From positions 5,600,001-5,664,000 of the forward strand of contig OY759599.1 in the NCBI GenBank assembly GCA_963662465.1: a stretch of DNA of 64,000 bases. The letters run 5' to 3'. The position numbers and the translations under genes are program-made. The stretch is from Desulfatiglandales bacterium. GTDB taxonomy: Bacteria > Desulfobacterota > DSM-4660 > Desulfatiglandales > Desulfatiglandaceae. Of this stretch, positions 20,356 through 30,909 are shown in pieces (positions within the stretch are counted from its first letter, which is position 1; every line of letters begins with the position of its first letter). The notes under the pieces are model-generated. The model had not been told where the DNA came from, searched no databases, and saw nothing but the letters and a program-made list of their open reading frames with translations.

Positions 20356-21244
20356 CCGTGAATCCTAGCTTCATCTCCTGAAACAACTCTCCCGCATGGA
20401 AGGAACTGCGAACAAAGGGACCCGCAGCCACGCCCTGAAAACCCATTTGCCGAGCGGTTTTTTCCCATTCCAGAAATTCATCCGGCGAAACATATGCCAC
20501 AACGGGATGGTGTTCCCTGGAAGGGGCCAGATACTGGCCCAGGGTCAGGAGACGGCAACCCGCCGCCAGGAGGTCTTGAAATGTCTGAAGTACTTCATCA
20601 GGGGTTTCTCCCAGGCCCAGCATCAAACCCGATTTGGCAGCAATGGCGGGATTGATGCCGCCAACCCTTTGAATCAATTGCAGGGAACCATGGTAATCCG
20701 CCTGAGGTCGAACTTGCGGATAAAGCCTGGGAACGGTCTCCACATTGTGATTGAGGACATGGGGCGCCGCTGCCATGACGGTCTTGAGATCGTCTTGGGA
20801 CCCCTGGAAATCGGGAATCAGCACTTCCACTCGTGTACCGGGATTTCGATTTTTGATGGCGCAAATGGTCTCGGCAAAATGCCCTGCTCCGCCGTCCGGA
20901 AGATCGTCGCGGGTGACGGAAGTAACCACGGCATACCGAAGCCCCAGTTCCTTCACGGCATTGGCCACCTTTTGGGGTTCTTCTTTGTCCGGGGGCTCGG
21001 GAATCCCATGGCGCACCGCACAGAACCGGCAATTCCGGGTGCAGCGATCCCCCAGAATCATAAAGGTGGCGGTTCCTCTTGAAAAACACTCTCCCAAATT
21101 GGGGCAGAGGGCCGCTTCGCAAACCGTACGCAAACTGCATTCCTTGAGAAGCCTGACGACTTTGTTGTAAGCGTGGCCCGAGGAGAGCCGCTTTTTCAGC
21201 CAGGGGGGCTTAGTGGGCATGGGTCTTCCGGTATCGTTCATCAT
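20345..21244 (-). CDS. lipA: Lipoyl synthase
   Basis: KPPWLK, VCEAALCPNLGECF, CTRNCRFC, HNVETV, VRSSF; start approximate. Confidence 0.97.
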   Translation of the reverse strand: MMNDTGRPMPTKPPWLKKRLSSGHAYNKVVRLLKECSLRTVCEAALCPNLGECFSRGTATFMILGDRCTRNCRFCAVRHGIPEPPDKEEPQKVANAVKELGLRYAVVTSVTRDDLPDGGAGHFAETICAIKNRNPGTRVEVLIPDFQGSQDDLKTVMAAAPHVLNHNVETVPRLYPQVRPQADYHGSLQLIQRVGGINPAIAAKSGLMLGLGETPDEVLQTFQDLLAAGCRLLTLGQYLAPSREHHPVVAYVSPDEFLEWEKTARQMGFQGVAAGPFVRSSFHAGELFQEMKLGFTDGQ

Positions 21245-21960
21245 GATATCTTTCCATGGGGGTGAAGGGAGGGCGTCAATGACCGCATCATGGTCCAAAA
21301 ATCATCCGGTTTCATCTGATCCAGAATCATATCAAAAATCTTCTGAAAATGACGGACCATCAAGTCTTTCATCCGGGTCATGGAAAACTCTCTTTCAAGG
21401 AGAGCGGCCATGGCGGTAACCCGGACCCCTTTAAGCCCGCAGGGATGGATGATTTGAAAAAAGTTGAGGTCGGGCATCACGTTCAGGGCAAGTCCATGAA
21501 AAGAGATCCCTTTTCGAACAGCGATTCCCACAAACCCAATCTTTTCATTCTCCACCCAGACCCCACGGTTTCTTTTATTTCGTTCACCCGCAATGCCGCA
21601 ATCCTTCAGAACCCGAATCATCACTTCTTCCAACCGTTCCACAAAATCAAGAACCCCGATACCGTTTTTCCCGATGGCAAAAATGGGATAGGCCACCAGC
21701 TGCCCCGGACCATGATAGGTCACGTCTCCGCCCCGTTCAATATGGACGCATGCAATCCCTTGTTGCTGAAGGGTCGATTCGGAGACCAGAACATTTTCCG
21801 CCCCCGCCCGCCTGCCGAAGGTAAGAACGTGCGGATGTTCCACCAGGAGAAGGGTGTCCGGCAGCAAACTTGCGGCGCGTGCGCCATGAATGGCGTGCTG
21901 CAATCGCAGGCACGCCGGGTACGCAATGGTTTTTAGGTCTGAAACAATGGGGTTAGGCAT
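21241..21960 (-). CDS. lipB: Lipoyl(octanoyl) transferase
   Basis: EHPHVLTFGR, RGGDVTYHGPGQLVAYP, HGLALN, PCG. Confidence 0.96.
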   Translation of the reverse strand: MPNPIVSDLKTIAYPACLRLQHAIHGARAASLLPDTLLLVEHPHVLTFGRRAGAENVLVSESTLQQQGIACVHIERGGDVTYHGPGQLVAYPIFAIGKNGIGVLDFVERLEEVMIRVLKDCGIAGERNKRNRGVWVENEKIGFVGIAVRKGISFHGLALNVMPDLNFFQIIHPCGLKGVRVTAMAALLEREFSMTRMKDLMVRHFQKIFDMILDQMKPDDFWTMMRSLTPSLHPHGKIS

Positions 21961-22261
21961 TTTTATCCGAAGGGTCGAGTTTCGCAAGAATTTCCCCTTC
22001 AGCGTTCAAAACGAACAACCAAAACCCTTCTTCAGTCAATTTTGGGGCCAGATCCTGATATTGGATGGCTTGAATCTCAAACTTCCGCCCTTTTTCCCTG
22101 GCCAGGAGATGCAGTCCCTGCAGGGCCGCATCTTTTCCCAGAAATGCGGGAATAAATGAAATGTTATTTTTGCCGTCCCTTTGTCCCAGAAACTGCTCGT
22201 TTTCACCCGGGTCCTCGGCTACCAGCCAAAGCCATGTATCTTCCTTAATCTTTTCAGGCAT
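21953..22261 (-). CDS. Hypothetical protein
   Basis: Operon-embedded ORF overlapping the lipB start. Confidence 0.7.
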   Translation of the reverse strand: MPEKIKEDTWLWLVAEDPGENEQFLGQRDGKNNISFIPAFLGKDAALQGLHLLAREKGRKFEIQAIQYQDLAPKLTEEGFWLFVLNAEGEILAKLDPSDKNA

Positions 22262-22273
22262 TTCAACACCCTT

Positions 22274-25200
22274 TCATTTTATTGTTTTCGATTTAAAAAA
22301 CGGCTTTAGATCCGGATGATCGAAAGCCTCGTCAATTTCACTTAAGATATTCGCTTTTCGGCGTTTGCGGTTTCGAATGAAAAAACCGATATCATCCAGA
22401 ATAGCATAATATGCCGGCACCATGGAAAGAATCAGGAACGTCGCAAAGGCCAGTCCCCACATGATGGCCGTGGCCAGCGGCGCCCAGAAAATGGATTTCC
22501 CACCGAGCCCGAAGGCCATGGGCGCCAACCCGCAGATGGTGGTGATGCTGGTCAGAATGATGGGGCGCATACGCACGTGGCAGGCCAGGACGATGGCCAG
22601 GTAAATCCGATCCGGATGGTCTTTCCGATAACGGTTGATAAAATCGATCAGGACCAGAGAATCGTTAACCACGATGCCGGTGAGGGTCAACAGCCCGATA
22701 AGGGTAATGAACGTCAGGGGGTTGTTGCTCACCAGCAACCCGATCAGAACCCCCAGGGACGCAAATGGGATGGTAACCATGATAATAAAGGGCTGGGTAA
22801 AAGAATTGAACTGAAGGGAAAGGATAAAAAAGATAAAAAACAGCGCCATGATGGCTGCGTAGCCCAATTCCCTCAGGGATGCGTCGGTTTCCTCCTGAAG
22901 CCCCCCGGCGATGAGCCTGGCCCCCGGGAAGTCATGTTTGACGCGGTTAAAAGCGTCCATGGCGATTTGATTAGCCCTGACCGCCGTCATCTTTTTCCCT
23001 TCCAGGTTTGACAGAAAACCGCTGAAACCCTCTTTTTTCTGAACCGTCTCCCGGATGTTGGCGGTCAGGTTCACGGTCTGTTTTCCGTTGTAGTGATAAA
23101 TATTATGAAAGCCGGGAACCAGTTCTATTTCAGCCACTTCTTTCAAAGGGACGTCTCTCTGGCCGGGGACGGCAATCCTCAAATTGAGCAGATCGTCAAA
23201 GTCACGCCGATATTGGGGCAAATATTTCAGTTTGATGTCCTGCTCGTTGTCGCCCCGGTTGTAGGTGGCCACTTTCATGCCGTGAAAACCGGCCTGAACG
23301 GCCATCACCAGGTCTTTTTGTTGAATGCCCAAACTTCGGGCCCTGCCTTCATCGACGGTGATCTCCATGAACTGTTTGTCCCGGGAAAAGTCGTTGTGTA
23401 TCTCCACGATGCCATCGTGTCGGGTCAGCTCCTTTTGAATCGACTCCGAAATGGCAGCGGACATCTCCCACGACGGCGACTGGATTTTCAAATCCACGTC
23501 GGCGCCCACGGGGGGGCCTTCAATGAGCCGTTCCAGCACAAAGGCGGTGGCCCCTTTTTCGGTGAGGAGTTTTTCCACATCCTCTCGAACGCTTTCCATC
23601 ACTTCCACCACCGAATGCTTTCGATCCTTTTCTTCTTTCAGAATCACATTGAGAATGCCGAAGTGTTTTCCGTAAATGGGGGCGTAGTTGACCTCTTTCA
23701 TTCCTGCCACCGCAATGGGCGCCGACAGATCTTCGCCGATGCGCTTGTTCAGCAGGTCAGTAAGAGCCACAAGGGTCTTTTGTGTTCGTTCCAGGCTTGA
23801 ACCGACCGGCAGGTCAAAGTGAATGTTGAACCTTGGGAACGCGTCGCTTTTGGGAAACATGATGAAATCGGTCTGAAAGTAGAGAAGAAAGGCCAGTCCC
23901 GTTGCCAGAACAATAAAAAGGACGGACAGATACCTGTGCCGCAACACGGCCCGCAACATGGGGTAATAGGCTCTACGGACCGGGTGAAACACGTCGAAGC
24001 GGCGTTTGGGAACGCCTTTTTGGGTTTCCCTGGGCCCCAGTTCCACCATGTGGGACGGCAGCATGAAAAACACTTCAAAAAGAGATGCCAGCAAAGCAAA
24101 TATGACCACCTTGGGTAGCCCCGCCATGTACCTGCCGATGATGCCGCCCACCATGATCAGGATGGGAACAAAAGCGGCGATGGTAGTGGAAACGGAGGCC
24201 AGCACCGGCGCCAGCACCTGACGGCTTCCGTCGAGGGTAGCCTCCACAATGGATTTTCCCTGCTCCCTGTGACGAAAAATATTCTCCAGCACCACAATGG
24301 CATCATCCACCACGATGCCCAAAACCAGAATCAACCCGAAAAGGGTCAATCCGTTGATGGAAAGCCCCGCAATTTTCATGAGGATAAACGTCAGCAGAAA
24401 AGCGATGGGAATCCCCACGGATGCAAAAAGCGCGTTCCTCAACCCCATGGACACCCACAAAATCAAAAAAACCAGAAAGATGCCCATCAGACCATTGATC
24501 TGGAGTTCCCTGATCCGTTTTTTGATTTCCCGGGACTGGTCAAAATAAAGCGTCGTTTTAAGACCGGGATAGGCGCCCTCAAGGTTCTTTATGACGGCTT
24601 TAACGTCATCCACCATCTGAATCATATTAACCTTTTTCTTTCGTTTGACGGAAAGCACCAGCGCATTTTCATTGTTGATTCGGGTAAGGGTTCGCGGCAT
24701 TTCCAATGTGGGCGATATGGTGGCGACGTCGCGAAGATAAACCGTATTCCCATGGACATTTTTGACGGCGATCTCCCCCATGGTCTCGGGACGGGGCGTT
24801 TCGCCCAGCATCCGAATGGCCGCCTCATGATCCCCCATCTCCAGGGTTCCCCCCGGCAGATTCCGCATGCGAGCGGCCAGGGCGTCGGCCACCTCGGGAA
24901 CGGAAACGCCGTGGGCGCTCATGAGGCGGGGGTTCAACTCCACCCAGATTTCCGTTTCCCGTTCTCCCACGATATTGACTTCCGATACCCCATCGATGTT
25001 TTCAAGGGTATCGGAAATGTCTTCCGCAATATCCTGGAGCTGCATCATGGGCAAAGGTCCCGCTAGACCCACCATGCACACGGGAAAGATGGCGATATCG
25101 ATCTCCAGGACCCGGGGAATCTTTGCATCTTCGGGCAGTTCGTCCACACTGTCCACGGCATTTCTGACCTCCTGCATGGCTTGATCGATTTCGTATTCGT

Positions 25201-25498
25201 TGAGGTCGGTGTTGAAAAAGACATGGATATTGGAGGAGCTTTCAAAGGAGCGGGATTCAAAACGCCTGATATCGGAGATGCCTTCCAGCTCATCCTCAAT
25301 TTTTTTGGTGACGAGTTTTTCCATTTCCTCGGCGGAAAAACCAGGGCACAGGGTGATAATGATCCCTTCACCCACGGTGATGTCGGGGTCCAGAAACCTG
25401 GGCATGGCCTTATAGGAATAGAGCCCGAAAATCACAATGAGAAAAAAGGCCATGCGCACCACGATGGGACGTTCAATGGCAAATTTGGTTAGAAACAT
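22274..25498 (-). CDS. RND efflux permease (AcrB/AcrD/AcrF family)
   Basis: 1074 aa, GIVVDDAIVVLENI, GIVVNDSLVLIDF, RMRPIILTSITT. Confidence 0.95.
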   Translation of the reverse strand: MFLTKFAIERPIVVRMAFFLIVIFGLYSYKAMPRFLDPDITVGEGIIITLCPGFSAEEMEKLVTKKIEDELEGISDIRRFESRSFESSSNIHVFFNTDLNEYEIDQAMQEVRNAVDSVDELPEDAKIPRVLEIDIAIFPVCMVGLAGPLPMMQLQDIAEDISDTLENIDGVSEVNIVGERETEIWVELNPRLMSAHGVSVPEVADALAARMRNLPGGTLEMGDHEAAIRMLGETPRPETMGEIAVKNVHGNTVYLRDVATISPTLEMPRTLTRINNENALVLSVKRKKKVNMIQMVDDVKAVIKNLEGAYPGLKTTLYFDQSREIKKRIRELQINGLMGIFLVFLILWVSMGLRNALFASVGIPIAFLLTFILMKIAGLSINGLTLFGLILVLGIVVDDAIVVLENIFRHREQGKSIVEATLDGSRQVLAPVLASVSTTIAAFVPILIMVGGIIGRYMAGLPKVVIFALLASLFEVFFMLPSHMVELGPRETQKGVPKRRFDVFHPVRRAYYPMLRAVLRHRYLSVLFIVLATGLAFLLYFQTDFIMFPKSDAFPRFNIHFDLPVGSSLERTQKTLVALTDLLNKRIGEDLSAPIAVAGMKEVNYAPIYGKHFGILNVILKEEKDRKHSVVEVMESVREDVEKLLTEKGATAFVLERLIEGPPVGADVDLKIQSPSWEMSAAISESIQKELTRHDGIVEIHNDFSRDKQFMEITVDEGRARSLGIQQKDLVMAVQAGFHGMKVATYNRGDNEQDIKLKYLPQYRRDFDDLLNLRIAVPGQRDVPLKEVAEIELVPGFHNIYHYNGKQTVNLTANIRETVQKKEGFSGFLSNLEGKKMTAVRANQIAMDAFNRVKHDFPGARLIAGGLQEETDASLRELGYAAIMALFFIFFILSLQFNSFTQPFIIMVTIPFASLGVLIGLLVSNNPLTFITLIGLLTLTGIVVNDSLVLIDFINRYRKDHPDRIYLAIVLACHVRMRPIILTSITTICGLAPMAFGLGGKSIFWAPLATAIMWGLAFATFLILSMVPAYYAILDDIGFFIRNRKRRKANILSEIDEAFDHPDLKPFFKSKTIK

Positions 25499-25746
25499 AG
25501 GAGCACGTTCTGTTTTCCAACTGTTTGGGTTTTAGCGCCTGTTTGAGAATTATCGTGAAGCACTATAAATCAGTCGCGGGATCGGTGCAAGTTTTGGCTT
25601 TTAAAAAAAATTGACGATAATTGAAAAAGCGGTAAAGAGTGGGTTGCAATGATGTAAATCTTGATTTATAAGGAATTTAGTCGTTTGACAAAATAAATCT
25701 CAACCAACCTTTTTTTCAACATGGCCTTTGGGGTAAAGGAGAGCAG

Positions 25747-26400
25747 ATGAGCATCAATACAAGCATTTACGTTCGTTCGTCAACCGGGAATGCCGCTTAC
25801 CTGGACTGGCTTCAGATGTTGACGGGCGCCGGGCTGATCCTGTTCATGTGGAGTCACATGATTTTAGTAGCCAGCGTTAACCTGGGCGCGGGCGCCATGA
25901 ATACCCTGGCCTATTTTTTTGAGGCCACCTACATGGCCCAGGTGGGAGGACCGTTGATCGGCGCCACCATGCTGTTTCATTTTGTCCTGGCGGCCCGCAA
26001 GGTACCGTTTCGGGCGGAGCAGCAGGCCACCATCTGGAAACATGCCAGGCTTTTGCACCACCAGGATACCTGGCTCTGGCTCATCCAGGCCTTCACGGCC
26101 ATGGTCATCCTGATCATGGGCTCCATTCACATGTGGACGGTGCTGACAGACCTTCCCATTACAGCAGCCAAAAGCGCCGCCAGGATACAGGGGGGCTTCT
26201 GGCTGGTCTTTTATCTGATTCTCCTGCCCATGGTGGAGCTTCATGTGGGCATCGGGTTTTATCGCATCGCCGTCAAATGGGGATTTATCAAACGAAAAGA
26301 ACGAAAGAAATTTCACAGGTTTGAAAATATCCTGACCGGCATCTTTATTTTTATCGGGCTGGTGACCATTGTCAGGTTCATGTTTCTAACGGCCAGTTGA
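25747..26400 (+). CDS. frdC: Fumarate reductase/succinate dehydrogenase cytochrome b subunit
   Basis: Five TM helices with heme His (WSHM, FHFVLAARK, IHMW, ELHVGIG); upstream of frdAB. Confidence 0.92.
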   Translation: MSINTSIYVRSSTGNAAYLDWLQMLTGAGLILFMWSHMILVASVNLGAGAMNTLAYFFEATYMAQVGGPLIGATMLFHFVLAARKVPFRAEQQATIWKHARLLHHQDTWLWLIQAFTAMVILIMGSIHMWTVLTDLPITAAKSAARIQGGFWLVFYLILLPMVELHVGIGFYRIAVKWGFIKRKERKKFHRFENILTGIFIFIGLVTIVRFMFLTAS

Positions 26401-26403
26401 ATC

Positions 26404-26513
26404 AAGTTCTAAGTGTTACGTGTTAAGTTTTAAGTATTGATAGTTGACCCTGTATTCGTTTCTTAAAACGTAAAACTTAAAACCTAAAACTAAAAAGCGG
26501 CCTACCGCTTTTT
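26404..26513. repeat. Inverted arrays of 7-bp repeats plus a GC hairpin in the frdC-frdA spacer
   Basis: aagttct-aagtgtt-acgtgtt-aagtttt facing cttaaaa-cgtaaaa-cttaaaa-cctaaaa; then aaaaagcgg-ccta-ccgcttttt. Confidence 0.75.
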
Positions 26514-26526
26514 CGGAGCGAAATCA

Positions 26527-28365
26527 TTGGAAACAATCATAACAGACCTATTGTGCATCGGAGCCGGACTTGCCGGTGAACGGGTGGCTGTTGAAGCGGC
26601 ATCCGCCGGATTTGACGCCCTGTGCCTGAGCATTGTACCGCCCAGACGTTCCCATTCCTCCGCCGCTCAGGGAGGCATGCAGGCGGCTCTGGGGAGCTGC
26701 TTCAAAGGAGACGGAGACTGCCCTGATGTGCATTTTTCAGACACAGTAAAAGGCTCGGACTGGGGTTGCGACCAAGAAGTCGCCCGGTTATTTGCGGAAA
26801 CAGCGCCCATCGCCGTTCGGGAAATGGCCTTTTGGGGGATTCCCTGGAACCGGGTGGAGCCGGGAAAATCCACTTACTTCAAGGGTGGGAAGCAGTTTGA
26901 AAAAATTGAGGCGGCGGCCAAACAGGGACTCATCACCGCCCGGGATTTTGGCGGCACCGCTAAATGGCGCACCTGCTATACCTCCGACGGCACCGGACAC
27001 ACCCTCTTGTACACCATGGACAACAAGGTGGTGGAATTGGGGGTCAGGGTGCATGACCGCATGGAAGCCATTTCGCTCATTCATGACGGCGAGAAATGCA
27101 CGGGCGTGGTGGCCCGTTGCTTGAAAACCGGAAAATTGCGCGCCTACCTGGCCAAAGCCACCCTCATTGCCACGGGCGGTTACGGCCGCATTTACCGGGA
27201 AACCACCAATGCCGTCATCAATGACGGTTCGGGCGCCATCATCGCTCTGGATACGGGGATCGTACCCCTGGGAAATCCCGAGGCCATTCAGTTTCATCCC
27301 ACCGGCATCGTGCCCACCAATATTCTGGTGACGGAAGGGTGTCGGGGGGACGGCGGGACCTTGCTGGATGTGAACGAAGAACGGTTTATGGACAAATACG
27401 AACCGGAAAAGGCGGAACTGGCCTCCAGGGACGTGGTGTCCAGATGGATGACCCATCACATTCGAAAAGGGCTTGGCGTCAAAAGCCCCTATGGCGACCA
27501 TTTATGGCTCGACATTCGGCACCTGGGAACGCAACACATCAAAACCAAATTACGGGAAGTAGAAGAGATCTGCAACAACTTCCTGGGCGTTGATCCCATC
27601 ACCCAATTGATCCCCGTGCGACCGGCCCAGCATTACACCATGGCAGGGGTTCGCACCAACAAGGATGGGGCCGTATATGGTCTGAAGGGCCTGTTTTCAG
27701 CGGGAGAGGCCGCCTGCTGGGATATGCACGGATTCAATCGCCTCGGCGGCAACTCCCTCGCGGAAACCATCGTGGCCGGCAAAATCGTCGGCGAAAAGGT
27801 GGTGGAATTTCTCCAAGGGTATGAGACGGCATTTGACACTGCCATTACCCGCCAAGCCCTGTTAAAAGAGCAAGGGCGCATTGATGACCTGATCCAGTGT
27901 TGTGGCGGCAAGGAGAACGTTTTTAAAGTTCGCAATGCCATGCAAGACGAACTCATGGACCATGTGGGTATTTTTCGAAACGGAAAAGATCTTCAAACAG
28001 CCGTGGATAACCTGCAGGAAATTTATGCACGGGCAAAGCAGGTGGGGTTGAGATCCAACGGCATCGGAGTCAACCCGGAACTGTCCCTGGCCCTGAAAAT
28101 CAAGGGGATGGTAAGACTGGCGCTCTGCGCAGCCTATGCGGCCCTTCAACGGACCGAAAGCCGGGGGTGCCATGCCAGGGAGGATTATGAGGCGCGCAAT
28201 GATCGGGACTGGTTAAAACGAACCCTGGCCACCTGGAAGGAAGGGGACACCCTTCCCACCCTTAATTATGAACCGGTCAGCCCGACATTTGAACTGGCCC
28301 CCGGTGAAAGAGGCTATGGCACTTGTAAAATCATTACCTGTACGGACACCGACATAGGAGATTAA
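26527..28365 (+). CDS. frdA: Fumarate reductase flavoprotein subunit
   Basis: IGAGLAG, RSHSSAAQGG, QFHPT, TEGCRGDGG, HGFNRLGGNSL. Confidence 0.96.
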   Translation: METIITDLLCIGAGLAGERVAVEAASAGFDALCLSIVPPRRSHSSAAQGGMQAALGSCFKGDGDCPDVHFSDTVKGSDWGCDQEVARLFAETAPIAVREMAFWGIPWNRVEPGKSTYFKGGKQFEKIEAAAKQGLITARDFGGTAKWRTCYTSDGTGHTLLYTMDNKVVELGVRVHDRMEAISLIHDGEKCTGVVARCLKTGKLRAYLAKATLIATGGYGRIYRETTNAVINDGSGAIIALDTGIVPLGNPEAIQFHPTGIVPTNILVTEGCRGDGGTLLDVNEERFMDKYEPEKAELASRDVVSRWMTHHIRKGLGVKSPYGDHLWLDIRHLGTQHIKTKLREVEEICNNFLGVDPITQLIPVRPAQHYTMAGVRTNKDGAVYGLKGLFSAGEAACWDMHGFNRLGGNSLAETIVAGKIVGEKVVEFLQGYETAFDTAITRQALLKEQGRIDDLIQCCGGKENVFKVRNAMQDELMDHVGIFRNGKDLQTAVDNLQEIYARAKQVGLRSNGIGVNPELSLALKIKGMVRLALCAAYAALQRTESRGCHAREDYEARNDRDWLKRTLATWKEGDTLPTLNYEPVSPTFELAPGERGYGTCKIITCTDTDIGD

Positions 28366-28367
28366 TA

Positions 28368-29108
28368 ATGGCCCGGCGACTTCAATTTGACATATTCCGC
28401 TACAACCCCCAGGACCCCCAGTCAACGCCCCATACGGATACCTTTCACCTGGAAGAAACGGACAGCATGACCCTCTTCATTGCACTCACCAAAATCCGCG
28501 AGGAGCTGGACCCATCATTGCAATTTGATTTCTGCTGTCGCGCCGGCATCTGCGGCGCCTGCGCCATGGTTATTAACGGTCGGCCGGGCCTTGCCTGCAA
28601 AACACTGATCAAGGAACTGCCGGATCAGATCACCCTCATGCCCCTGCCCGTGTTCAAACTGGTGGGAGATCTTTCGGTGGATACGGGCACCTGGTTTCGT
28701 GCCATGAACGAAAAAGTGGGGTCATGGATTCACACGGACAAGACCTTTGATCCCACGGCCCTGGAAGAACGTATGGACAATGCCCGGGCCGAAGAGATCT
28801 ATGAGCTTGAGCGCTGCGTGGAGTGCGGTTGCTGCGTGGCCGCTTGCGGTACCGCCAACATGCGGGAAGATTTCCTGGGGGCGGCAGCCTTGAACCGCAT
28901 CGCCCGCTTTATGCTGGATCCCCGGGACAACCGGAAAAACAAGGAATATTTTGAGGTTATCGGAACGGACGAGGGCATTTTCGGCTGCATGGGCCTTCTG
29001 GCCTGCGAGGATGTGTGCCCCAAACAGCTGCCCCTGCAGGACCAGCTGGGTATCCTGCGCCGTAAAATGGGGTGGACGGCCGTCAAGAATCTCTTTCATC
29101 TGGGTTAG
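28368..29108 (+). CDS. frdB: Fumarate reductase iron-sulfur subunit
   Basis: CRAGICGACAM, CVECGCC, CMGLLACEDVCP. Confidence 0.96.
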   Translation: MARRLQFDIFRYNPQDPQSTPHTDTFHLEETDSMTLFIALTKIREELDPSLQFDFCCRAGICGACAMVINGRPGLACKTLIKELPDQITLMPLPVFKLVGDLSVDTGTWFRAMNEKVGSWIHTDKTFDPTALEERMDNARAEEIYELERCVECGCCVAACGTANMREDFLGAAALNRIARFMLDPRDNRKNKEYFEVIGTDEGIFGCMGLLACEDVCPKQLPLQDQLGILRRKMGWTAVKNLFHLG

Positions 29109-29175
29109 GGATCGAAATCCAACAACCGGAGGGGAACAGCGCTCCGGCGGTCTCCTAATCTCAACAGTTGAAGGG

Positions 29176-29637
29176 TTATCGATTTGCCTCGTAATCCGTT
29201 AAATCAATGGTTGGAAAAGTATACACCACCGGCGTGCAGGTCCCTTTGACAATAACCTCCAGATGACATGGAAACACTTTGCCGACCTCAATCCCATACT
29301 TCTTTAAGAACCCGTTCCTGGGATAGGTTCCGTTGATGAGCAACAGGCGATGGGTCTTTCCCTCTGTCCGGGCAAACGCTTCTTCAGGTTCTGTTTCAGC
29401 ATGAAAAACGAACTTTACGTCATACCCATCGCCGCTCCCCTTCGTATTTTTTAAGGCCGCCACTTTTTGAACCGAAACCATTTCAGCCGTTCCCGGATAT
29501 GTTTTGTAATGGCAGGGACCGCCCAAAACCTGTCCGGGCTCACGGGCTTTTGTTTCCCCACATGAAACGCTTCCCAAAAGAATCAAACAGAAGAGACCCA
29601 ACCGTTTTGCCGCAAATAACATGCTCGTTCTTTTCAT
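29176..29637 (-). CDS. Putative lipoprotein
   Basis: GGGAGG RBS, signal peptide ending in GSVSC, soluble Cys-containing domain. Confidence 0.7.
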   Translation of the reverse strand: MKRTSMLFAAKRLGLFCLILLGSVSCGETKAREPGQVLGGPCHYKTYPGTAEMVSVQKVAALKNTKGSGDGYDVKFVFHAETEPEEAFARTEGKTHRLLLINGTYPRNGFLKKYGIEVGKVFPCHLEVIVKGTCTPVVYTFPTIDLTDYEANR

Positions 29638-29656
29638 ATGAACCCTCCCCGTACAT

Positions 29657-30886
29657 TTAAGCATCATGGCCTGGCTGAACAAATTCAATTTCCAACAGGG
29701 ATACGTCGTCATCGAAAATTTTCTTTCCCTGCCGCGCTTTCATGCTGTCGATAATCCCTTTCACATGGGCCATTTTTTCTTTATACAAATCATCCACCAT
29801 TTGAATGAAATCCTCTACCATACAGATTTTTCCGGAACAGCCCTCAATCTCATAAATGCCGTCGCTGAAAATATAGAGTCGCGTAAACGGTTTAAGCGAA
29901 AATGAAAAAGTGCGGTACGCCTTATCAGGCATGGCCCCGATGATGAATCCATCTCCCGCCAGCTTTTGGGCAATGGCTGTTTCGGGGGTGTCGCCGGCAA
30001 TGGCAATGGCCGGCGGGTGACCGCCGCCGGCATAGAGAATCTCCCGGCGTTGTTTATGATACACCCCGTACCAGATGGTAAAAAACATATCGTTGTGATG
30101 TTCCATTTTGAACACCTGGTTCAATTCAGCCAAGACCTGGCCTGGATCTCTGAAATCCACGTTATTCAGTGATTCGGCCCTTAAGGCATTGATAACGGAT
30201 ATGGACAAAAGGGCGGCCCCGATCCCATGACCGCATACATCCAGCAGATACATGGCAAAATGATCCGCATCGACCCAGTGATATCCGAAGGAATCACCCC
30301 CGAGGGAAGTGGAGGGGATAAACTCCCAATCCGTATGGATATCCCCCGTCAACCGTGGGGGGAGAAGTGCGCGAACATAGGCCGCTGCCTGCTTCAGCTC
30401 GCTGTTGAGCGCTGCCTGGCTGGCCAGGAGCGCATCGTAAGTCTCGTTGCGCTCAAGCAGCGTGATATACGCCTTTGAATGATAACGAATTCGAGCAATG
30501 AGTTCGATCTTGTCGGGCAGTTTTACCAGATAGTCGTTGGCGCCCAGGGCAAAGGCCTCGGCCTTGGTGGCAGGATCTTCCTTGCTGGAAAGTACGATGA
30601 GGGGAATCCGGCGAGTCGCTTCGGAAGCCCTGAAAAACCGAACCAGGGTCAACCCGTCGATCTCAGGCATGATCAAATCCTGCAGGATGATGGTGGGGTG
30701 AATTTTTCCGGCCATCTCAAGGGCCTTTGTGGGATTCTGACAGTATTCCAATTGAATGTCCGCCTCCTCCGACAACATTCGCCGAACGGCTTCGGCCACA
30801 ATGGCCTGGTCGTCCACAAGGAATACGATGATGGTGCGTTCGGAAAAAGCCGACTGTTCATGGGGATGTCGGGTGTTTGTGTGCAT
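29657..30886 (-). CDS. Response regulator with SpoIIE/PP2C phosphatase output
   Basis: REC (LVDDQ, LQDLIMP) plus GGDSFG, DVCGHG, FFTIWYG, FSDGI, DDVSLL; start approximate. Confidence 0.92.
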   Translation of the reverse strand: MHTNTRHPHEQSAFSERTIIVFLVDDQAIVAEAVRRMLSEEADIQLEYCQNPTKALEMAGKIHPTIILQDLIMPEIDGLTLVRFFRASEATRRIPLIVLSSKEDPATKAEAFALGANDYLVKLPDKIELIARIRYHSKAYITLLERNETYDALLASQAALNSELKQAAAYVRALLPPRLTGDIHTDWEFIPSTSLGGDSFGYHWVDADHFAMYLLDVCGHGIGAALLSISVINALRAESLNNVDFRDPGQVLAELNQVFKMEHHNDMFFTIWYGVYHKQRREILYAGGGHPPAIAIAGDTPETAIAQKLAGDGFIIGAMPDKAYRTFSFSLKPFTRLYIFSDGIYEIEGCSGKICMVEDFIQMVDDLYKEKMAHVKGIIDSMKARQGKKIFDDDVSLLEIEFVQPGHDA

Positions 30887-30909
30887 GGGGGCAATTTCTC
30901 CTGTTTTTC

